From Octopus vulgaris (Eukaryota), in the NCBI GenBank assembly GCA_951406725.2, contig OX597815.1:26660001-26724000 (forward strand): a stretch of DNA of 64,000 nt, in the 5' to 3' direction. The notes below the pieces were generated by a model. It did no database searches. It had not been told where the DNA came from and saw only the letters and a list, made by a program, of their open reading frames with translations. How positions within the stretch are numbered: position 1 is the stretch's first letter; every line of letters begins with the position of its first letter. Shown here piece by piece: positions 1 to 12,592 of this stretch. Both the position numbers and the translations under genes were made by a program.

Positions 1-326
1 CATTGATATATTTAAACTAATAGGTAAGATTTATACACACTTAAACGTGGATGTTCTGTTAGAGCGAGATATACTGCAGTTGATACCAAGAGAGGAACTC
101 TCATATTGGCTTTTGGTACAAAATGCATTCTTGTTTATTTCTCCCTGCTATCTCCCCACGTTCTCCCCACTTCTTCCCATCTCCCTGCTAGCGATAAAAA
201 CGAAAGTGCATTTTGCATCAAAAGTCAATATGAAAGTTTCTCTTATGGTATCTACTGCAGTATACTCGTTCAAAAGAACATCCACGTTTAAGCGGGCATA
301 AATATTACCTCTCGGTATTAATAGAA

Positions 327-559
327 GGCGGCGAGCTGGGAGAAACGTTAGCGCGCCGGGCGAAATGCGTAGCCGTATTTCGTCTGCCGTTACGTTCTGA
401 GTTCAAATTCCGCCGAGGTCGACTTTGCCTTTCATCCTTTCGGAGTCGATAAAATAAGTACCAGTTACACACTGGGGTCGATGTAATCGACTTAATCCGT
501 TTGTCTGTCCTTGTTTGTCCCCTATGTGTTTGGCCCCTTGTGGGTAGTAAAGAAATAGG
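327..559 (+). mobile_element. tRNA-headed SINE, family A (tail type 1)
   Basis: Pol III A-box-like GGCGAGCTGG..GAAACGTTAG and B-box GAGTTCAAATTCC, body GCCTTTCATCCTTTCGG.GTCGATAAA..AAGTACCAG, tail ...GCCCCTTGTGGGTAGTAAAGAAATAG; more than 10 homologous copies in the window. Confidence 0.9.
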
Positions 560-587
560 TATCAATACCACCTCTATCACTGGTATA

Positions 588-803
588 CGAGGGGGTACTG
601 AAAAGTTCCTGGCTTTAGAGGTATCACGAAAGGCCTGGTTGGGGGGCCTAACGTTCCGAGTTCTTTTACAGGGCTTAGAAAACTGAAGGATCGCTGCAGT
701 AAGTGTGCGAATCTGAGAGGGGAACATTTTCAATAAAATCATAATTAACTGATCTTCCTGTATTTTCTTTTAACAAAGCCAGGATCTTTTCAGCACCCCT
801 TTG
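588..803. mobile_element. Tc1/mariner-type MITE
   Basis: Imperfect ~29-bp TIRs CGAGGGGGTACTGAAAAGTTCCTGGCTTT / AAAGCCAGGATCTTTTCAGCACCCCTTTG, with TA on both sides. Confidence 0.8.
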
Positions 804-1158
804 TATATGTTCAAACTAATGTCCTCATCTCGTTTGATATAATCACAACGATTCGGCCTTTTTCAGATGACTGTCGTACTTGGTAACTTTTACAGAAAGT
901 ACAACGGCCGAAACAGTACGACTTTAACAACCAAGATGAGTGCACAAGTCCGAATATATTAGTGCACAATAATGATCGTTTTTTGTTTCAGAAATTCAGG
1001 CAAATATATCACGCATACATTCTTTACATCATTCTTACAAACTTGCAAACATTAAAACATGAAAGAATAATAAATTGACTAAACATATATCTGTGTATAT
1101 GTATGTGAGTGTGACTTTGAAAACTTACAAGTGTGCCTGACTTTGTAAACAGATATGC

Positions 1159-1162
<4 letters not shown>

Positions 1163-1207
<45 letters not shown>

Positions 1208-1282
1208 AGTGTGTGCGTGCATATGAATGTGTGTCAGTGTGTGTGTGCATATGAATGTGTGTCAGTGTGTGCATTTGTGTAT
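1163..1282. repeat. (GT)n microsatellite with degenerate extension
   Basis: Direct inspection. Confidence 0.95.
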
Positions 1283-1603
1283 CTAATACTATGTTTTTCA
1301 TTCAATATACGTTGTTGACAACTTGAAACTGTTTACTTTACAAACACGCACACAAATGTTTATATGTGTGAATAAGTGTTTGTGTATATACATACACAAA
1401 CATTAAACATTAAGTATAAAGCAAACACAAAACTGGATTAAGACGAGGATTTTGAGGGCTGTCGGCCAGGTGCCTCCAGTGGATAGGCGAAAAGTTATTT
1501 CCTTTGTGAATTCCCCATCAGTGTATATGGTCTGTGAATCAGCTATTTAAAAGGGCTTCAATTAATGAGTGGACACTGTATCACATGCATACATACATAT
1601 GTA

Positions 1604-1605
<2 letters not shown>

Positions 1606-1646
<41 letters not shown>

Positions 1647-1660
1647 TTAGATATATATAT
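1606..1660. repeat. (AT)n microsatellite
   Basis: Direct inspection. Confidence 0.95.
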
Positions 1661-1808
1661 AAAGCTTTTATTTCATAAAAAGCCTTTACTTTTTTTTGAT
1701 TTCCTATGTGCATTTTCGCTTATTTTTCTTCCTACTTTCCCCTTACATTTCCACGTTTAGTTTCTATTTTCTTTTTGCAACATATTTCTATTATATATAT
1801 ATATATAT

Positions 1809-1925
1809 TGGCCTGCTCGCTTAGCCAGCGGGGTGGCGTCATTTGAAGGCTAAAACAATGCGAAGCGCATTGTGACCAGTAATGTGTAGCAACATCTGAT
1901 AGCCTGGTCGGTCGCGGTGATCACG

Positions 1926-1929
<4 letters not shown>
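1809..1929. mobile_element. Short GC-richer insert within a (TA)n tract, probably a truncated retroposon end
   Basis: ~120-bp block with (TA)n on both sides; family not identified. Confidence 0.4.
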
Positions 1930-1965
<36 letters not shown>

Positions 1966-1967
<2 letters not shown>

Positions 1968-2324
1968 CTTAATCATATCGAAGGGAAATGGAAATTGATA
2001 GAAATTTTTCCCTTCCAGTGGCCTAGCGTGTAAAAATGTAGTCCAAAGACTATGTATTACTCATAAAATAAAGTGTACATTTAAACACATAAGGAATCCA
2101 CTCGTGGGATTCAACACGCTAGAAAGAACAGCTAGGTTCTGTAACCACAAAATTAGTGATAAAATCCGACAGGAACGAAATGAAAAAATATAAACATTTT
2201 ACCATCTAGTTTCCTGGACCAATTGGTTTCTGATTTTAGTTTAGCAAACTTACTATACACTCTAGGCCACTGGAAGTGAAAATTTCTATTATTAATTTCC
2301 ATTTCCCTTCGATGTGATTAAGTA
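1966..2324. mobile_element. MITE-like element with ~65-bp imperfect inverted termini
   Basis: TACTTAATCATATCGAAGGGAAATGGAAATT...CCAGTGGCCTAGCGTGTA (1966-2032) is inverted at 2256-2324. Confidence 0.65.
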
Positions 2325-2486
2325 TTGTAGGTTTTTTGATAATTTTCGGATTTTAAAAGTTGGCATTTTTTTTTTTGCCAGCGAGGGGCTGCGTCTGCGC
2401 AGTAGATTTTGAAAAAATTAGGATGTATAAACAAGAGGCACATAGTTGTTAGCCTTGTGTTTTATATATCTAATCTAAGGTGTACC

Positions 2487-2897
2487 TTTACTCTTTTATT
2501 TGTTTCAGTCATTTGACTGCGGCCATGCTGGAGCACCGCCTTTAATCGAGCAACTCGACCCCGGGACTTATTATTTTGTAAGACCAGTACTTATTCTATT
2601 GGTCTCTTTTTGCCGAACCGCTAAGTAACGGGGACATAAACACACCAGCATCGGTTGTCAAGCAATGCTAGGGGGACAAACACAGACACAGACACACAAA
2701 CACACACACGCATATATATATATATACATATATACGACGGGCTTCTTTCAGTTTCCGTCTAGCAAATCCACTCACAAGGCTTTGGTCGGCCTGAGGCTAT
2801 AGTAGAAGACACTTGCCCAAGGTGCCACGCAGTGGGATTAAACCCGGAACCATGTGGTTGGTAAACAAGTTACTTACCACACAGCAACTCCTGTGCC
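2487..2897 (-). mobile_element. tRNA-headed SINE, family B (CORE-like body, internal TA/TG microsatellite)
   Basis: Minus strand reads GGCACAGGAGTTGCTGTGTGGTAAG..GGTTCCGGGTT..CCTTGGGCAAGTGTCTT..CCAGCATGGCCGCAGTCAAATGACTGAAACAA; near-identical copy at 21436-21854. Confidence 0.9.
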
Positions 2898-2983
2898 TAC
2901 CTGTTGAAGAAGATTTCACCTAACGAATATTATTTATTTGCTAAACTAAAATCAGAAACCAATTGGTCCAGGAAACTAGATGG

Positions 2984-3260
2984 ACCACCAGCATGACTTG
3001 GAGAAACGTATTTCTCGTAGCCGTTCAGGAGGGAGAGCAGATCTCTTGGCCCCTTCACCCATTGCAACAATTACATCCAAATTTCTCGACCTGATGTCAT
3101 TTAGGAAGCGCCCTTGCTACCAACTCGACATCAGACCACGCACATTTATACAACCAATGTGAATAGACGTGACTTACCTTTTAGATCGGAGCATCCTGTG
3201 GAGAAGGACTCTCCATCTTTTCTTTACTTAGAGTCGGAGATGGCAAGCCTTCAAACATAG
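2984..3260 (-). mobile_element. L1/Tx1-like LINE fragment spanning the ORF1 end and ORF2 AP-endonuclease start
   Basis: Manual minus-strand translation MLRSKR*VTSIHIGCINVRGLMSSW*QGRFLNDIRSRNLDVIVA matches the N-terminal NVRGL...DII motif of LINE AP endonucleases; in-frame stops. Confidence 0.6.
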
Positions 3261-3407
3261 ATTGATGTAAATCAAATCTCAACTATACTACAATTTTTTT
3301 TTTCACAATAAGTCCAACAATAGGCACAACAAGAGATATAACAATTAACAGAAACTTACGAACACACTCCAATAGTAAATTTTCAATAAGAGACAGACGA
3401 AATACCA

Positions 3408-3816
3408 ATTTCTTTACTACCCACAAGGGGCTACACACAGAGAGGACAAACAAGGACAGACAAACAGATTAAGTCGATTACATCGACCCCAGTGCGAAAC
3501 TGGTACTTATTTAATCGACCCCGATGAAAGGCAAAGTCGACCTCAGCGGAATTTGAACTCAGAACGTAATGGCAGACGAAATACCTATTTATTTACTACC
3601 CACAAGGGGCTAAACACAGAGAGGGCAAACAACAACAGACAAACGAATTAAGTCGATTACATCGACCCCAGTGCGTAACTGGTACTTAATTTATCGACCC
3701 CGAAAGGATGAATGGCAAAGTCGACCTCGGCGGAATTTGAGCTCAGAACGTAACGGCAGACGAAATACCGCTAAGCATTTTGCCCGGTGTTCTAATGGTT
3801 TTGCGAGCTCGCCGCC
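3408..3816 (-). mobile_element. SINE family A head-to-tail dimer
   Basis: A full unit (3586-3816) joined to a 5'-truncated unit (3408-3585). Confidence 0.88.
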
Positions 3817-4121
3817 TTCATGAAGCTATAAATAAAGCGTGTGTATATTGGATAGAAAATGTTGGAAGCTGCCCAGATGTGGGTTCGCGTCTCAAAGGCA
3901 GCCTTCGACTATTTTTTTATCAAAATTTTTTTTCACCCAATATTTACACGCATTATTTACAAGCTTTGATTTGCTTCTAGATTCGCCAAATATAAAAAGA
4001 ATTATTTCACGTTCTTGAGGTTTCTAAATTCTAATGATGCCAACATACACATATTGCAAACCTTCGATTTAACAGGCCCCGTTTTAACAGATAAAAGCAC
4101 GCATGCACATTCACACACAGC

Positions 4122-4122
<1 letters not shown>

Positions 4123-4197
<75 letters not shown>
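4123..4197. repeat. (GATA)n microsatellite
   Basis: Direct inspection. Confidence 0.97.
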
Positions 4198-4829
4198 TGA
4201 GCTTCAACGGAAACACGTGTCAACATTGACTGATTTGCGCCAGACATATATACATACATACAAAGGTGATCATATGTGCGTCTATGTGCGCATGCGTGTG
4301 TGAGAGAGAATGTGTTTTACGTGTTTCTGTAAGAAGTGTGCTTCACCGTCGCATGATTCCAGTTTCGATAGCACAGCACGGTACCTTACCTTATACAAGT
4401 GTTTTCTACAATCCATACTATTGTCCCACTTTAGCTATTCCCCTTAGCTCGCTTTTAATAATTATGCAAATTATTCTGGACAGAAATCTCTTTATCACCT
4501 TTCCTCCTTGGTAAAAACTTGTCTGTTGATCAAAACAGCCGTGGAACCGCTATGTTTCGCTGACGATGTTTCATAAAATAAAAACCTTGTCTGCTAATAA
4601 AGATTATATTTCCCTCCTCAGCATGAAATTTTAATTTTCTGTCGATTTTTTTCCTAATTTCATAAAAATTATCATTTCTTTGAGAGCTACAAAAAATTGC
4701 CCTTATCTTTTTAATTTCTTTCCCTAGCTGAAACACCTTGCACTTCACTGCGAACAATCAGTTTATTACAACCTACTTAAATTATCTAAATTAAGTCATT
4801 ATCTTATATAAGTTATTCCCCTTACTTAT

Positions 4830-4860
<31 letters not shown>

Positions 4861-6199
4861 TTTATTAACTGGCCAAAATTTTCGTAAATCATTTTCTAAG
4901 CCTTAAAATATCTGTCTATGGATTAAAACAATCGTAAAAAGGCTTTGTTTCTCTAACGAAGCTTAATAATATTGAAACATATCTATAGCTACCATCTCGC
5001 TGCTGACAAAGATCAGATTTTCACCCTAAACATAAATTTTCTGTGAAATGAAATCTTACTCTCTTTAAATTATCTCCCCTTGAGATTCACAAGCAATTAC
5101 CACTAGGCTTTTGTTTTCCTTCTTCAACAAAAACGCATATTTTAATTCATTAAGATTCTTTTGCTTACATCGGTCAACACATCACCACCTAAACGAGGCT
5201 CAGATGATGGTATGCTACCTTCCGAGCGCCAAATGGAAAAGTCTGAATCATCAAAAAATAATTACATATTCATATTAGAAAAAGTCACACTACTAAGCAA
5301 ATGCAAAGTGAGTATTTATATTTTCTGCTATATTGAACATTGCTGAGCAAAGTAGTGGTGGTTATTGTATGTAGATTGTTGTCACATGCAAGACGGCTAT
5401 CATTTGAGGATTTCAGTTTTCTTTTTTTTTTTTTCGTCTGAATGGATTCTATTGATATGGACGATATCGAAAGGTCTTGCAGTTCGTTAGCTTTCTGTCA
5501 TCGCTAGCTTTCTATCAAACGTTGCTTTTCTCAAGATGTATTCGCATTCATTTGGACAATTTCTATCACCATTCTCTCTCTAAGAACTCTTACGTTATAG
5601 AACTACATATATAGCATGTGAACGGAGTCTTCCAGCACATCTCTGCACACAAACTTTACCAATATCTTTTCATTCAATATTGATAACATGGCTGTTATAA
5701 TACAAAGGGATCTCTTTATCCATCTACTTTAGCTTACATTATGAATATGGTTTTGTTTGCTTTTTTGTTTCTTTTATATTGAGGAAGTGAGGAGGGGGCA
5801 ATTGTCTCTGTTCGGCCCACGATATCAAGTGCATGCTCCTTTCCGGCCTGTAAAGGCAAACTAGATTGATACTCATGAAACTGACTGCCGTCATCGTCGT
5901 CGTCGTCGTCGTTATTGTTATTTCATTTCAAGCAAGCTCTGAGAGACGGATCTATGATCAGAGGCATTTCAGCCAAAATGATAGCCACGTTTGTTGTCTA
6001 TCTTTTTGTTAGTGTATTTTGGGGTTTTTTTTCTTTCAAACAGCATATCTAGAACTACACCATCCAATGCATCATTTTGCTTTTTTTTTAAAAAAAAAAC
6101 CTTGTAAGATATGACTGAGGGATAATTTGCTGCTGTTTCTACTATTTTGCTCAGGTTTCGTTGAGATAAACTATTCTAGCGCCTCTAGATTTGTATGTA

Positions 6200-7040
6200 C
6201 CTCTGATCATCATTTACGATTTCTATTTTGCAGATCCAGGATCTCATCTAAGGTGTCCTATATAACGTCGCTAGAGTGTTATCCGATGAAGATTTACATA
6301 ATATTCTTTTTTACCCGGGAATTCCTTCCTAGCCCTCATGATATCATTTGTCTCATGCACGCAGAAGTATATCAAGGTTGCACTACAATAATGTCAAATA
6401 GATAAAAAAAAAAAGACGGCATTCAAATAATGCATTGACCGATATTCAGCTCTGTCATTTTCGGTAAAGGCGTTCAATGTCTATATCAAGATGGAAGATC
6501 CTGATAGCAATCAATAATTTCTGTATTTTATATATCATTGGCTGAGATCTCATATAACATCCACCAAGTAGAGCAAATATTTATATTAGTACTGATACAG
6601 CAAACAAAATTTAGGCTATTGATTTATTGTACGCACAGGACTCCAAGTGCCTTATTTAGTTTATTCTAGCGTAATATTCCCTGGTTATGCATTATTTGTT
6701 ACAAACACCATCATAGGTACTTATAGCATCCCAAGGTACTTGTAGCATTCGTTACCGGATATTCGATAAATAGCCAAGCCATTCATTCATTCATGGAGAT
6801 ATTGCCAAACTGACTTGTTACTTTTCCTAGTTTTCCAATCAGGTAAGAGCATTTATTATTGCCAAAATCCATTCCTACATCTTTCGAAAATGCAGAAAAC
6901 TGCTCGTTTTAATATGGGGTATATTTTTTACATACAGCTTGAATTCATTCACTATGTCTGGTTAGTGTTTATGTCTTCACTTCAACCAATCACATATCCT
7001 CTAGACTGACTGCCTCGAAACAAATTTATAACAGATTCAG
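6200..7040 (-). mobile_element. Highly degenerate R4/Dong-like non-LTR retrotransposon RT fragment
   Basis: Manual translation across frameshifts: MNEFKLYVKN (MDDLKLY-like), SKDVGMDFGNNKCSYL, ECYKYLG, KLLIAIRIFHLDIDIERLY. Confidence 0.6.
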
Positions 7041-7105
7041 CCTAGCCTAACAGATAAAAAAGTATCTTAGAAATACATCGTCATCATCTATGTACATGTA
7101 TTTAC

Positions 7106-7184
7106 ATGTATGTATGTATGTATGTATGTATGTATGTATGTATGTATGTATGTATGTATGTATGTATGTATGTATGTATGTATG
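7106..7184. repeat. (TATG)n microsatellite
   Basis: Direct inspection. Confidence 0.97.
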
Positions 7185-7309
7185 TTTACACACACATACA
7201 TAAATAAACAAACATATATTGGGGAGAGATGAAAATAAGCGGAATTCATATGTCTGAGTGTAAGAGAGTAGGTGCATATACATATTGTTTTAATTATTAT
7301 TATCATTAT

Positions 7310-8215
7310 TTTGCTTGGCTCCGGTTCGGTCTTATTGCTAGAAGGAATTATGTGGATAGCAGGTTACTACCTGTAACCTTAGGTATCCACAAGCTTTCAG
7401 CAGTTTTTCGAGTGCTTAGAACCCTCCTGATAATCCTTGCTGTCCCTAAGAGACTAACGTTCTGTAGGAGCTCTACTGACATTCTATTTCAATCTTCTTC
7501 AGCCACTTGTCTATATTTTTGCTTACTGTACCCAACGCACCAGTTGTTATAGGCGCAACCTTTACTGTTCTCATGCTCCAAATTCTTTCTTTCTTCCTCC
7601 TTCTTTACGGTCCTGGAATCAAACGGGCATGATGGATCGATAAGTAAGCAGCCTCGCTTTTTCTACAACCGTTATCTACCACCGTTATGACTGGTCTATT
7701 ATTTTCTCATTTCTTGTCTGTTTGAATAGGGAAGTCCCACAAAATCTTACATTTCTCCGACTCCAGTACTCTTTCGATTCGATTATTGCACCATGTGTTT
7801 TCAGTTTCATATCCCCATTTCTGACACAGTTTCTAGTGTATAACTTTTACAGCCTGGTCGTGCCTCCATTTCTTATATTCTTCCTGAGCCAGTTTGGGGC
7901 ATTCTTCCACAATGTGTGCAACTGTCTCGTTCCAAGTTCTACAGGTTCTACATTTTTCTGACACATTCTTTCCTTATATATATATTTTTTCTCAAGTTGT
8001 TTGTTTTAATCGCTTGATCTTGAGCTGGTGCAATTAAGCTCACTGTTTCTTTTTTTAATTGTCCCTTTTTTAACAAAGCCCAGTATTTTGTTCCACTTAT
8101 GTCTTCAGTGGCTCTCCAAAATTGGCCATGCAGAGGTTTCTCTTCGTTCTGTCTGACTTGCTCCCTCAGTATTTCATTCTTGTCCTTTTCTCCTATTACG
8201 CACTTCATCATGGTC
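7310..8215 (-). mobile_element. R4/Dong-like RLE retrotransposon 3' fragment
   Basis: ORF 7948-8259 KPLHGQFWR...LKKETVSLIAPAQDQAIKTN, then remnants of a CCHC knuckle (HIVEECPKLAQEEYKKWRHDQ) and an RLE domain; 3' end abuts a (TAA)-like tract. Confidence 0.8.
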
Positions 8216-8342
8216 CCAACATTATTATAGGTAAACTCGTCTACTCGTGGCCCCAGCATGGCCGCAGTCTAATGAGTGAAACAAGGAAAAGATAAAAGAT
8301 AATAACAAGTAACATATTTTTGTTCATATACACACTAAAACA

Positions 8343-8344
<2 letters not shown>

Positions 8345-8408
<64 letters not shown>
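8345..8408. repeat. Compound (CT)n(AT)n microsatellite
   Basis: Direct inspection. Confidence 0.95.
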
Positions 8409-8411
<3 letters not shown>

Positions 8412-8618
8412 AAATCAACCAATCAACGCACATTAAAAATGCAATCCGTAAGAAGAACAGTAAAAATATGCAAGATTTTTCTCAAGTTCAAATTGTTTTT
8501 CGCTATCTACAATCCAACGATAGAGCTTTGTATCTTTGCTAGAAACCAGCTCCTTCCTTAAAGAAGGATTTCAAATAATTAAAACTAGGAGAGAAAATAT
8601 ATACAGAAATATATGTAT

Positions 8619-8654
8619 GGTGTGTGTGTGTACTTGTGCATGTTTGGATGTGCG

Positions 8655-8710
<56 letters not shown>

Positions 8711-8776
8711 TGTGTGTCTGTGTCTGTGTGTTTGTGTGTCTCTGTGTGTGTGTGTGCGTGTGTGTGTTTGTGTGTG
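8619..8776. repeat. (GT)n-rich microsatellite
   Basis: Direct inspection. Confidence 0.95.
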
Positions 8777-8849
8777 CAGATTTGTATGTTTTGCTTTATG
8801 TATGTATTGTCATACATATAGTTGCATATTTAGACATGCTCATATATAT

Positions 8850-9820
8850 TTAAATGATAAACCTCCGGAAATTTTTACATATTTTTACAGTTCCAGTGAT
8901 GGACTGGATCTGTAGTCTTCGAATTAGGCTTCTCCTTTCTGTTTTTACGAAGCCTAATTTCTCAAAATTGGTATTTAGACAGTGTGTTACATATCCCAGG
9001 GCCCCAATAATTACAGGTATAAACCCGAACTTGTAACCTGGATAGAGTAACTGCAGAATGGCTGAGCGTAGGTATTCTTTTTCACTGATCTTCAGCTTTA
9101 TGTTAATATCCGCTGGGCAGCTAATTTCCACAATTGTGCATTTTCTGTTCTCTGCCCCAAATCATTATATCAGGTTTGGTGTGCTTACATTTTATTGAAG
9201 TCTTCACAGGGACATTCCACCAGTACTTCTTTTTATTATAAGTGGCTATGGCTTCTACCATACTGTGGTTTCTTATTTCTTTGTCCTCAGGGTCATCCTT
9301 CCGACGAACTTCCTTATAGTGTCCTAGCTACAACCTTATGTCTCATCGGTAGATAATACCGTGATGACATTTTCGGACAACTGCTTATGATGTGGTGTTA
9401 TCTTCAGAGTTAACTCCGCAAGGCCTGCATCGGTTGTCACATTTTACTGCTTTTCCTGCATCTCTATCTCGTCAGGTAGTTGGTTGATATTTCCTGTTCC
9501 TGGATTGCAAACGCATACTCTTCAAAGTTGGAGGTAGTAATCCGGCTATTGATCCATGATAAACTACTTTGATGATCGATTTTACTATCATCTCGAAGCT
9601 TTCTACTAACATATCTATGCATAGTCTTCTGCTCATATAGGCTCATCCTTTCATCCGTTGCAGTAGAGTCGTGCGACTTCTTTGGGCATGTATTCTAGGT
9701 TATCAAACAAGGAATGTTTCTCAAGGAGCTGCCTTCTAAGTCTTATGATGTTATCAGTCTCATGCATGCAAACTTGATCAAGGGATGCACTTCGACACTT
9801 GGTGGTTAAAAGATGTTGCC
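8850..9820 (-). mobile_element. R4/Dong-like RLE retrotransposon 3' fragment
   Basis: ORF 9464-9646 (TSNFEEYAFAIQEQEISTNYL) and ORF 8850-9131 (EISCPAD...FIPVIIGALG, RLE domain), with a CCHC remnant between. Confidence 0.8.
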
Positions 9821-9826
9821 GAAATA

Positions 9827-10240
9827 CCTATTTCTTTACTACCCACAAGAAGCTAAACACAGAGGGGACGAACAAAGACAGACAAACGGATTAAGTCGGT
9901 TGTATCGACCCCAGTGCGTAACTGGTACTTATTTAATCGACCCCGAAAGGATGAAAGGCAAAGTCAACCTCGGCGGAATTTAAACTCAGAACGTAGCGGC
10001 AGACGAAATACAGCTAAGCATTTCGCCCGGCGTGCTAACGTTTCTTATTTCTTTATTGCCCACAAGGGGCTAAACATAGAAGAGACAAACAAGGACAAAG
10101 GCATTACATCGACCCCAGTGCGTAACTGGTACTTAGTTTATCGACCCCGAAAGGATGAAAGGCAAAGTCGACCTCGGCGGAATTTGAACTCAGAACGTAG
10201 CGGCAGACGAAATACCGCTAAGCATTTCGCCTGGCGTGCT
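9827..10240 (-). mobile_element. SINE family A head-to-tail dimer
   Basis: Two units, 9827-10045 and 10047-10240. Confidence 0.88.
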
Positions 10241-11012
10241 GTTGAAAGGAACACTAAAAAAAGAGACCGAGAGCACTCTACTGGCAGCTCAAGACCAAGC
10301 TTTGGCTACAAACTGGAGGGTCAACCTTAGGAGTGAGTAAGTGTCTACGCTGTGCCGCGTCTGCAATAGGGTGGATGAAGCCATTGCCCATATCACAAAC
10401 GAGTGCCCTAGACTTACCCAAAACCATTACAAGTTGTGGCAACACGACCAGGTAGTGAAAGTGCTACATTGGAAACTGTGCAAAAATTGGGGGATAGAGT
10501 GAGGCAAAACGTGGTATGAGCACAAACCGTAGAGGGTGATGGAGTCGGAGACAAGAAAATCCTTTGGGATTTCCCAATCCAAACAGATCAGGTGCTAGAG
10601 CATAACAGACCGGACCTAGTGGTGGCGGACAAGGTGTACCACATATGCTATATAGTTGCTGTTGCATGCCCCTTTAACCCACGAAGAGTCAAGAAGGAAG
10701 GCGAAAAGATAGATAGATACAACCCTCTTATGTACGAAATAGCCCGGCTATGGAAAATAGTGAAGTTAGTGCCAATTATTGTTAGGTCCTTGGGGACAGT
10801 ATCAGAAGGCATCAGGGGGAATATAACGGAAATTGGAATAGAGAGCTCAGTAGAACTGTTACAAGAGGTTCATCTCCTTGGCACGGCCAGAATAATCAGG
10901 TAAGTATTAGATAGCGGAAAATAACGAATAACATGGTACCGTAGGCTGCAGGTAGTAAGCCAACTACGCATGCAAGACTCCAGGAGCTCCAACAAATCCT
11001 GTGATAAAGAGA
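10241..11012 (+). mobile_element. R4/Dong-like RLE retrotransposon 3' fragment
   Basis: CRVCNRVDEAIAHITNEC knuckle, then ORF 10592-10903 HNRPDLVV..VAVACPF..KIDRY..VPIIVRSLG (PD-(D/E)xK RLE); ends directly in (TAA)n. Confidence 0.85.
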
Positions 11013-11152
<140 letters not shown>

Positions 11153-11157
11153 GCAGT

Positions 11158-11552
11158 GGAGGCGCAATGGCCCAATGGTTAGGGCAGCGGACACGCGGTC
11201 GGAGGATTGCGGTTTCGATTCCCAGACCGGGCGTTTTGTGTGTTTATTGAGTGAAAACACCTAAAGCTCCACGAGGCTCCGACAGGGGGTGGGGTGGCGA
11301 CCCCTGTTGTACTCTTTCGCTCCAACTTTCTCTCACTCTTTCTTCCTGTTTCTTATCCCCGACTTCCTACGCAACCACTGAGCCTGGATGCGCATTCATC
11401 CATCTGTCGATGCTCTCCGTGTTGGGAGTTAACCTGCTTTCTCTTCTGCGGGTCTTACGAATAGCAAAGGACCACGTTTCGGACTTCTCCAGAGGCGCGA
11501 TCTTGCGAGCTCTGGGACGAAGACCGCTTCGCTCAACAAACAAACAACAACA
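11158..11552 (+). mobile_element. tRNA-headed SINE, family C head with tail X
   Basis: A-box TGGCCCAATGG, B-box GGTTTCGATTCC; 5' half matches 35255-35430; ends in (CAAA/CAA)n. Confidence 0.8.
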
Positions 11553-11659
11553 TAAAAATACCAAAATTTTGTGACTTCAGTATTATCGGAAAACTAATAG
11601 AGTAGTTGTATGAATTACGAAAACGCTGAAGTTGTACGTAGCAGCCTAATCTGGAAGGT

Positions 11660-12381
11660 GAACTCTCCAGAGCAGGGTACCACAGGGTACTGTCTTGGGG
11701 CCATTACTGTTTGTAACAGATCTATCAAACTTACCTTTATATATTGTTTGTAATAGACCTAATAGACTTATAGTTACATGCTATGCCGACCATACAATAT
11801 CAAAAGCGGTAAACGGCCTTGAAGATGTTAAAAGCCTACAGAACGAGCTCGATACCATATACAGACTGGATGAAGAAAAACAACTTGAAATTCAATTCAG
11901 TAAAAGTTTCAAGTACTTTGCTACCAGCCGTCCAACATAGCATAATATGGACACTTAGGACCGGAAGAAATTCTATTACGAACTGAACAGAACCTGGGAA
12001 TCGTAACAAGTAATAATAGCGGATCATTCTGTGCGCATGTTCGAAAAATGCTAAAATCTTACAACAGATTACTAGGGTGAATTCTATGAGCACAAGAAGT
12101 CATCATGTCCACCGGAAAACATTTGTTCTCATTCACATTCAGTCAAATTATTGCTCCCATCTATGGTTGTCAAGCTCTGTACTGAAGTAGAGGCAATCTA
12201 GATAATCTACACTAAAGATTGTTTCCGTACACTGGATGATTTGTTGGAAAAGGCTGAAATCTTTGAAGACATATTCCTTTGAAGGTAAAAACGTTTGGCA
12301 TTCATCTATATCTGGAAAGTCATGAGTGACTGGAGTCAGACTTTTGCGCTTAAAACGCTAATGTATAGTTGGAAATGTTCC

Positions 12382-12453
<72 letters not shown>

Positions 12454-12590
12454 ACTCTCACTCGAATGAGAATGAGAATTAGAATGAGAATGAGAATAAT
12501 GTACTACAACTGCCTGCTTTTTAGCAGAGCCACAACTCTTCAATATTTTTCCCTCGAAACAGAAAGCATATTTATGGAGCGGACATCAAC
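11660..12590 (+). mobile_element. Degenerate CR1/L2-group LINE RT fragment
   Basis: RVPQGTVLGPLLF and VTCYADHT (GVPQGSVLGP and YADD motifs), LQNELDTIY, downstream IYIWKV; interrupted by (CT)n at 12385-12447. Confidence 0.75.
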
Positions 12591-12592
12591 AA

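Noticed and set aside
305-742. 145-aa ORF and the similar ORFs at 9914, 19169, 21910 and 28017 (YRPRKDERQS...)
   Set aside because: Antisense translations of SINE family A, not a protein family
3173-3260. Apparent minus-strand exon with a GTAAGT donor
   Set aside because: The frame continues into LINE endonuclease motifs (NVRGL), so it is better explained as a LINE ORF1/ORF2 junction
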